The notes under the pieces were generated by a model. It was not told the origin of the DNA, ran no database searches, and was given only the letters and a program-made list of their open reading frames with translations. Of a stretch of 64,000 nucleotides of DNA, positions 55,785 through 64,000 are shown piece by piece; the stretch's first letter is position 1, and every line of letters begins with the position of its first letter. The position numbers and the translations under genes were made by a program. The stretch comes from Octopus vulgaris. Taxonomy: Eukaryota. Location: contig OX597820.1 in assembly GCA_951406725.2 (NCBI GenBank), positions 113,956,001 through 114,020,000 on the forward strand, given 5' to 3'.

Positions 55785-56180
55785 AAGGCGGCGAGCTGGC
55801 AGAAACGTTAGCACGCCGGACGAAATGCGTAGTCGTATTTCGTCTGCCGTTATGTTCTCAGTTCAAATTCTGCCAAGGTCGACTTTACCTTTCATCCTTT
55901 CGGGGTCGATAAATTAAGTACCAGTTACGCACTGAGGTCGATGTAATCGACTCAATCCCGTGTTTGTCCCCTCTATATTTAGCCCCTTGTGGACAATAAA
56001 GAAACAGATATTTCGTCTGTCTCTACGTTCTGAGTTCAAATTCTGCCGAGGTCAACTTTGTCTTTCATCCTTTCGGGGTCGATAAATTAAGTATTAGGTA
56101 CGCACTGAGGTCGATGTAATCGACTTAATCCCTTGTTTGTCCCCTCTATATTTAGCCCCTTGTGGGCAATAAAGAAATAA
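55785..56180 (+). mobile_element. SINE family B with tandemly duplicated body
   Basis: Two bodies inside one 13-bp TSD aaataatctttac (55772, 56181). Confidence 0.85.
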
Positions 56181-56294
56181 AAATAATCTTTACTGTTACT
56201 GTATGTTTTTCAGTGAGAGATTTAGAAATAATAGTTTCTACCATGTGTGTGTGTATTGTTGGGTTGTACAATAACTCTGCCAAACTTTCTATTA

Positions 56295-56678
56295 CTCTTT
56301 TACTTGTTTCAGTCGACTGTGGCCATGCTGAAGCATCGCCTTTTTTTTTAGTCCAGCAAATCGATCCCAGGACTTATTCTTTGTAAGCCTAGTACTTATT
56401 CTATCGGTCTCTTTTGCCGAACCGCTAAGTTACGGGGACGTAAACACACCAGCATCGGTTGTCAAGCGATGTTGGGGGGACAAACACAGACACAAACATA
56501 ACACACACATACATATATACGACAGGCTTCTTTCAGTTTCCGTCTACCAAATCCACTCACAAGGCTTTGGTTGGCCCGAGGCTATAGTAGAAGACACTTG
56601 CCCAAGGTGCCACGCAGTGACACTGAACTCGGAACCATGTGGTTCATAAGCAAGCTACTTAGCACACAGCCACTCCTA
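56295..56678 (-). mobile_element. SINE family A
   Basis: Reverse complement of the 30377 copy. Confidence 0.92.
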
Positions 56679-56710
56679 GATTACTTCCTTTTTTCTTGTA
56701 TTTTACAAAA

Positions 56711-57330
56711 AGGTCGGTGGGGTTGCCATGAGAATTAAGAAACATCTTCATTGGCAACATTGCGGCATAGATGTTCCCCTAGTCTATTGAACGGCTCTCG
56801 ATAAGTCGACCAGTTGCTATATTGATGACGGCCTCAGCCTCACCATATTCACTAAACAGCAAGAATTGATATCTTCATCTCTTGTCCTAACTCATTTCGC
56901 TATGTCCCGGAATCCATCTTTATCTTATTTAACATCCTCACCGGCTTTCTAGATATCCCCGTCATTGTCGGCAACATCTACCTGCCCACTGTCTCCAACT
57001 TACATTTCTGTTACTACATTTCTAATACTCTTTTTCACTCCATTCACACTAAATGTACTCTCCCATTCCGTAAGCTCTTCCCTCTCCACTACCCTTTCTC
57101 TCCTTAAAAAAAGGTGAAAATTTCTGTAGCTTTTTACCTGGCATCTCTACATTAGTAATGCTACAACTATTACCGGCCCCAAATTCCTTTACTGAATTAA
57201 ATTCTTTTACCGCGAGCGTCGTTCTCCAATACACTCTGGGTCAATACGTAACTCACCATTTCAACAGATCTTATCATTTCATTAACCACCTCTTGTTGTC
57301 CAGTATATTTCCCACATAGGACATCTCACT
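56711..57330 (+). mobile_element. Decayed LINE endonuclease remnant
   Basis: GGVAMRIKKHL and IVGNIYLP resemble APE motifs. Confidence 0.3.
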
Positions 57331-57502
57331 CCAGGAAACACTAAGAACTTAGTATACGCAATTAAACAGTATTGAATTAAAATCGCCATCTGTATATCAT
57401 ACTAAACATAAACACACCTTCAGAAAGCATGAAATTATGGATTTATTTAACATAAAATATCGGGGCGAGACGAACATTGTCGCTGCAGTGGCTCACGAGA
57501 AT

Positions 57503-57541
57503 AGCAGACATGTTTCGCCTTTATTGAGACTTGTCAATGCT
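57503..57541 (-). ncRNA. Minimal type-I hammerhead ribozyme motif, U3-A8 core variant
   Basis: agca-TTGACAA-gtct-caataa-aggc-GAAA-catg-TC-tgct. Confidence 0.6.
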
Positions 57542-57703
57542 GCACATCCGATTGTCACCAGCTTAAACGATATTCGTGTGGAAAAACTTCTTCGCCTCCC
57601 CACATTTTCTCCCCGTTTTCGGATACAGAGATTCCAGAAAATTGCCAAAAATTGGCATTTTGAAATTCCGGCTCCCCAATTTCTTCATTTTTCACTTTTT
57701 TCC

Positions 57704-57793
57704 GTAACCCTAACCCTAAAACCGTAGCCCTAACCCTAAAACCTTAACCCTAATCCTAAAACCTTAACTCTAAAACCCTAACCCTAACCCTAA
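57704..57793. repeat. Interstitial telomere-like (CCCTAA) tract
   Basis: Degenerate accctaaccctaa repeats. Confidence 0.8.
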
Positions 57794-58287
57794 CGGTAAC
57801 TACAAACATTTTTGGAAGTCTTTTTCAGAATCATTATCTCCGTATTTTTCCGCATATTTTGAAAAAATTTTTCTGAAAAATGAAGTAATTAGGAGGTGGG
57901 TAAGGGGTAATTTCAAAATACCGATTTTTGCTAATTTTTTTTTTGCAGATTCGTATTCTCCATAGCCGAAAACTACGTAGAAAAAAAAATTAAATTAAAA
58001 AAAATAATAAAGTTAAATTTTAAAAAAGGGTGTACAAAAGGAAGTCTTGCCATTCGTATCCCGATATATTGGAAATTGTGTGTAAAATATTCACTAGTAT
58101 TGCGGAAGCTTGCCGTGCTTCTCCTAGGACTGAATGAACTTTTTTCTTTCTCGTCTCTCTAATCCATCCCTCACCTACTTTTATGCATGTGCATTATGGA
58201 AAATGTCTTTATAAGAATGTTAATGTTTTACGGAGATGTACTTGCATAGCAAGTGACCTGATCTGAGATCGTGTGCTGGAACGAAAA

Positions 58288-58591
58288 CAATTGCAGTGTG
58301 TAAGGTGTATATAAGCCATTTAAGAAACTCTCAAAAACCGTTAGATTCACTTCAACATTTAAATTTAATTTGTCAAAATATTTCCATCGCTTTGGGACCG
58401 CGACCTGTTCATTGACAAAACTTCGGGATGCATCCCGAAGTTTTGATGCTGCACGAAGTTTTGTCAGTGAACAGGTCGCGGTCCCAAAGCGACGAAAATA
58501 TTTTGACAAATTAAATTTAAATGTTGAAGTGAATCTAACGGTTTTTGAGAGTTTCTTGAATGGCTTACAAACACCTTCCATGCTGCAATTG
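58288..58591. repeat. Near-perfect ~300-bp palindrome (Penelope-like inverted termini)
   Basis: ~135-bp arms that are reverse complements with few mismatches. Confidence 0.95.
58460..58510 (+). ncRNA. Minimal type-I hammerhead ribozyme motif, G3-C8 core variant
   Basis: tttgtca-GTGAACA-g-gtcgc-ggtcccaaa-gcgac-GAAA-ata-ttt-tgacaaa. Confidence 0.65.
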
Positions 58592-59144
58592 TTAATGTTT
58601 TACGTTTATTTTATTTTTCTATTTTTGATATTATTGTGTATGTATGCACTTAGGAAACTATAGGCGAGTTGGTGTCACAGTTTCCATTGTCCTTATGTAA
58701 CATGTCCTCAAATATATGTGTACGTGCTTATGCTTCTAAGTATATTTATATGTATTCTCATGTGTGTAGCTTCTCATTGCGATCACTCTTCTGGCCATCA
58801 ACAACACCCCCGCTTCTGTAAACTGGACATTCCTTCACGTTGTAGCGCTTCTCTTTTCTTATTCTCTTTCCATCTCATCCACTCCTCAGTTTTTATTCTA
58901 TGCTCTCTCTCTCTCTCATTATTTTTTTTCTCTTCAACTCCTTCCCCCTGCGCATGCACCACTACTAACTCTGTTATTCTCCACTACATCCAAACTATCT
59001 TCGACTTATCACGAAAGTGCACTTTGTCTAAAACCTTTCCTACTCTTCTCTCTACATCATACAAACTTTGCCCCCACTCACTCACACACACTCTCTCTCT
59101 CTCTCTCTCTCGTTCGACATTTACGTATATATATAAATATATAT

Positions 59145-59480
59145 TGTTGTATTTCGGAATGGTCATTTTGCCAGTTTAGCCAATAAAAACACACGCACTA
59201 TATATTTGGTGTTACTTTGCTTCAATGTTATTTATTTTTTACATTAATCTTAATCTTATTTTGGCCAGAGTTCTTTCGTCACACTCCTGTGACCGCATCA
59301 GTGGTCCTTTGCTTTCTTCTTTCTTATTTGTGTCTCTCCTTACTAACCGTCAGCCATATATATAGTGCGTGTGTTTTTATTGGCTAAACTGGCAAAAATG
59401 ACCATTCCGAAATACAACAACATCTGTTTCAACACACGACTTCACATAAAAAATCTTGCACAACAAATATATAAACGTAT
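59145..59480. mobile_element. Penelope-like remnant: ~60-bp inverted repeats around a hammerhead motif
   Basis: IR 59145-59204 / 59357-59421; minus-strand cca-CTGATGC-g-gtcac..gtgac-GAAA-gaac-TC-tgg at 59263-59307; homologous to 32130-32430. Confidence 0.7.
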
Positions 59481-61002
59481 ATATATATATTTATTTATTC
59501 ATTTAGAGATAGTAGTCCCCTTTCATCCCACCATATAAAAGAATTTTAATTTAATTTAATACCTACTACTCATATCTCGACTACACGTGTTTCTTGAGGT
59601 TCATTTTCCGGTTCCTTAACCACGCCGTGTTTTGCAGGAGCCTTTCTTAAAATGTAACCCCAATCATCAGGCCTCTAAATACTTTTATCATAGTTTGATG
59701 CTAAAAACTATATTTTAATTTTAAACATATAAGTATGTGTATGTGTAAATAGGTTCGCCAGACCTTACTGAAATGGTATGAGAGCTAGATGGAAGCGAAT
59801 GTGTAACGACAGCCAAAAGATATAGATACAAAGGTGAAAAAGTAAGACAGAAGTAAAGTAACTAGATGGAAGAAGGCGAAAGGTTGAGATCTTCACCTGA
59901 GAAAACCTTTTGGAAGATCTGCTTGCTGTACCTCATTTGAGAGTATCATTGTTCAAGAACGCATCTAAACGACTGCTGCGATTTCTGCTAATATCAATTC
60001 CACATAGTTATTGCGTGTCCTCAGTGAGTCAAGACTGAACAGATACGGTAGCAATTGGCTACAAACACAGACAACCAGTTGCTTTCGTGTAGCCCCATAC
60101 CTATGACCTGAAGGTAGCCGGCAGACGATTGGATGCGACCTAGCGTTGTTCTAGCTATATTGTACATTAGTGTAAATGAGAACCTTGCTGCACATGCCAA
60201 CATATAAAGTGAGCAAATTGTATGGAGTTCAGTGTGACAGTCCGATCGTGTTTTCAGCCCCTCCACTGTTAAGTCTGTATCCGTATGTTATTGTTACTGT
60301 GTCGTTTCTATTTACCTTGATCGATCATTAAAGCGTTCCAGCCGTGATAATTCTATATTTATTTTTCAGTCATAGTGTATGTCCAGATTCACAGTCGATT
60401 TAGTTATAAACCAAACTAGCTACAGCTTAGAACCTCACAGTAGGCAGGCATTGACGTATCGTGTGCTTAAGCTGCCCTGTATGGTAGCCAAAATGGCTGT
60501 CTCCTTCCCTAAACGTAACATACCTTTGACTACTAGACACGTATATATAGTAGCTACCTTGTGCGGTTCACACATCCCACGTCATGCCACTGTCCGCAGG
60601 AGCTTCAAAATAAAAGGCATATATGTTTTCAATTTTGATGAGAGCTTCTGGTGTAATGTTCTTAATAAGACGCTTTCCAAGATTTGTAGTTAGGCTTCAG
60701 TTGCATTCGAACCATCAGTCTTGGATTTCTAACCATGAGCCATACCCTGCATAATGAGCATGGCCATTTTCTACCAATTTGCAGTTTGAATGGTTTTGTA
60801 CAGGGTGATATAAACTGTGGGATTTTAGACTTCAGATCAGAGAGTTAATTCGGAATCCACATGGAGTTTCGTCAGTGTTCTGTGAAATATGCTCTTACCA
60901 CTTTTAACTTGTCCTTATATAATACTTCTTGTGTGTAAATAAATATTATTTGTATGGTCATTTTTTTCACTGAGGCAGTTTCTTATTGTTATTTCTTATT
61001 GT

Positions 61003-61428
61003 GGATCTTTTCGGTTTGACCGGCAGTTTTTAAAAATAATTTCCACGTAACTAAACACTTTTAAACTTCATATACTGGTAGAATGTGTTTATAAAACATC
61101 TTTTTCTCTTGGCTTTATTGAGAAAATTCTATAGTTTGTAAGATATTTGTTGTTTTTTTCTTCAGTTTCTGCAATTTCAACCAATCAATGACGTCTATTG
61201 AAGTGAAAACATTCTGTGCCGTATGAATATGTCCCTCGTTTAAGAAAGAGATTGGGTTTATTTACATTTCTGAAGAAAAAAAGATACCCTTCCCTCCACC
61301 CCTAGCCCTAACTAACCTCAATCCTAAAACAGATTGAAATGCAATAGATCGATACTAGGGTCATAATTATGGGTAACAATTCCATATGATACCGCTTGAA
61401 AAAACTGCCGTTCAAACCGAAAAGATCC
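61003..61428. mobile_element. GGATC MITE
   Basis: GGATC..GATCC termini with perfect 8-bp TSD cttattgt. Confidence 0.93.
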
Positions 61429-62179
61429 CTTATTGTTATTTACCAATGGCATTCTAATGACACTCCACACAAACAGTTTATATAACTTTGGGCCTCAACC
61501 AACTTTATATCCAGCACTGCCCCGACCACATTACATTCGACATGTCCTTTTCTTCAATATAGTATGGGTGTGATTTGCGCAGTTTATATTTATTTATTCA
61601 TTTATTCATTTATTTTAGCAGGGCAACCGATTGCGTAAGAGGCCCACTTGCTTGCTCTGCATACATTATGTTCTGATGGTGGCCACAGCAAAGTCGGACA
61701 TATTGAATTCAGAACACAACTGTTGTTCTGCATTTTCATTAGTGGTGCGCAGCCCAACACAGTACTTAGGACTAACGAGGTCATTAACTACAGTTATTTC
61801 TTTCTCTCTCCCCGCTCTCTCTCTCTCTCTCTCTCTCTCTGCTTTACTTTGTTCGGGCTGTGAGAAAGACACAAAAGTGTATTTAGGATGGTTTTATAGT
61901 AGGTAACGAAAGTAGAACGGTGTGTTGCTGTTTGTTTCATTGTAGGCGTCATGTTTTGTTTTTTTTGTTTTTGCTAGATCCGTGAAGTAATTATAGAGGT
62001 TGAGTCACAAGACGGGTGTAATAATAAAAATAAAATACCGGGAAGATGCACGGAATTGAGCGGGGTAGCAAAATGTTAAAATAAAATATAGATTTTGGGG
62101 ACAAGTCTTTCACAGAGAATAACAGCCACCTAGTTCCTTGCCCATTTGGAAATAGGTGCAATAGAAAAATGTTACCATG

Positions 62180-62600
62180 GTGTCTGAATCCGTGTTGCGA
62201 TTTGGAGCGGATTTAATCGTGTCTTAAGTCAGGAGGGAGAGTAATGCCCATGATAACCTTTACACAGTCTCCAAGACTGGGGGGAAGGAAGGAGAGGGGA
62301 GGAAGGTATATTTCAATCTGGAGGCCTGGCCCGAATGCTTGTAACGGATGAACCCCGCTAAAGGCAGCTATGATGCCTGGTGGTAATGTTAAGCCAGGCG
62401 ATGGGTTAAGATTACCACCTAATGTGTGGGTTAATAATATCAAGGATGGATCTTGGATCTTTCCAAAAACATTTGAGGGTGTGCAGAGGAAGATGATAAT
62501 TCTATGTGAGGCATTATTCCAGTTGGGACTTTATTGGTAATTTTAGAATTGTGATGGTTTTACCTAGTTTTCAGACTCTGGGAATTTGACAGCGATTGGT
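62180..62600 (-). mobile_element. Decayed LINE RT fragment
   Basis: Faint similarity to the N-terminal RT region across frameshifts. Confidence 0.25.
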
Positions 62601-63589
62601 ACAGAATTGTTATATTTTAGCCCCAGTCCCAGGTCAGCGCTGATCGAGCAGGTGGTCTAGAATCAAAAAGCATTCCAACTTTCTCTGTTCAGGGAATCCA
62701 TGACCAAGTTATTCAACGTGCCCTATTTCTAAGATGGTAGAATGTGAGTTGAAGGAATCTGGCTTCTGTTTCTAGCAAATTGAGCTACCTCGTAAACACT
62801 CACTAATAAGTCTCTGCAGGAGTTACAGCTTTTTATTTATCTCTGTTGGTATGCATCCCACAAGAATATTTAAGGCTGATGATATATCTAGTTATTTCTA
62901 TATAGATGTGTAGTGAGATTTAGCCCCACGATAGACCTCTGATGATTAAAATCTTTTCCAAACGTAAACATCCCGTCTTTTTTCCTTTCCTTCCGCCATA
63001 GAGCGTAAATCTAGTGCCAACTTTAATCTAATCTGTCCTTTTTTTTTTTAATCTGCAGATGGTAATTTCAATGATATTTGGCTGTTGTTTCTAATAATCT
63101 AAGGGACCACATTGCAGCTCGATCATCGGTCTATTTCATTGATGTATATGGTGGTGGTAGTCTTGGTTGTGGTAATTGTGGTAGTGATGATCGTGGTGGT
63201 AGCAGTGGTGGTGGCGATGATGGGGGAGGGGTGATATATGTAATATAAATATATATCGATGTATATTAATCGGATTAATTCAATCCAAAGGTGATTCGAT
63301 AGAATAAGCTAAGCTTTATTTCACTTAGCTTCTTGTATCATCACTAAATTCCCCCAATTCCCCCCTCTTCCTCTCTATGTTTTAAGAGATACATATTTTG
63401 GTGTCGTTGAAAATGTTTTCTCTCAACAGCACCAAAGATCGAAACTAGTCTACAGCTGACTGGCCTAATTACATACCAACGTGGATAAACTGGTATTAAA
63501 ACATTAATGATGTTAATGGTGGTTTTGATAGTTTGATGAGACCTGCAAAGGTGTCTTGATAAGTAAAGCAGCTTTTAAACACGCTTAAC

Positions 63590-63966
63590 ATTGGTTTCAA
63601 ATTTTGGTACAAGGCCAGAAATTTCGGGGGTGGTGGTAAGCCAATTACATCGACCCCGTTACTCAACTGGTACTTATCTTATCGACCCTAAAAGCATGAA
63701 AGGTAAAGTCGATCTCGGCGGAATTTGAACTCAGAGTGACGGACGAAATGCCGCTAAGTAGTTTGTCCGGCATGCTAACTATTCTGCCAGTTCATCGCTT
63801 TAATATTCATTTCAAATTTTGGCACAAGGTGAGCAATTTCGGTACTTATTTTATCGACCCCAAAAGGATGAAAGACAAAGTTGAACTCAAAATGTTAAGA
63901 CGGAAGGAATGCTGTGAAGCATTTTTTTTCCGGCCGCGCTAACCATTCTGTTAGCTTGCCGCCTTA
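63590..63966 (-). mobile_element. Two diverged family B SINE copies
   Basis: atcgacccc..atgaaag..aaagtcga core occurs twice. Confidence 0.8.
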
Positions 63967-64000
63967 AGCATGTTTAATATTATAAAGCCTGACTCAAGTG

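Noticed and set aside
57704-57793. True telomere or chromosome fusion site
   Set aside because: Short, degenerate, single orientation and apparently inside a repeat element.
60020-60700. Host gene exons
   Set aside because: Unique-looking sequence with one plausible acceptor, but no recognisable protein motif or consistent exon chain.

Overview
This is an AT-rich, repeat-saturated eukaryotic window with no host protein-coding exon I can support. The mix of SINE families and very long (TA)/(CA)/(TATG) microsatellites suggests a cephalopod (Octopus-like) genome; this is an inference. It contains one intact CR1/L2-group LINE ORF2 (1001 aa, APE endonuclease plus RT). It also holds fossil hAT (Buster/Charlie), two Tc1 and one mariner transposons, several Helitrons, MITEs with 8-9 bp TSDs, many tRNA-derived SINEs, L1/Tx1, RTE and Penelope remnants, and a 2-kb 16-bp minisatellite. 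The most interesting signal is a dispersed set of minimal type-I hammerhead ribozyme motifs in Penelope-like palindromes. They show three Watson-Crick versions of the 3-8 core pair (C3-G8, U3-A8, G3-C8), and one lies inside a tRNA-headed SINE-like element. A second highlight is a covarying 3' hairpin shared by the intact LINE and the most abundant SINE. All structures were read by eye, and boundaries of degenerate elements are approximate.
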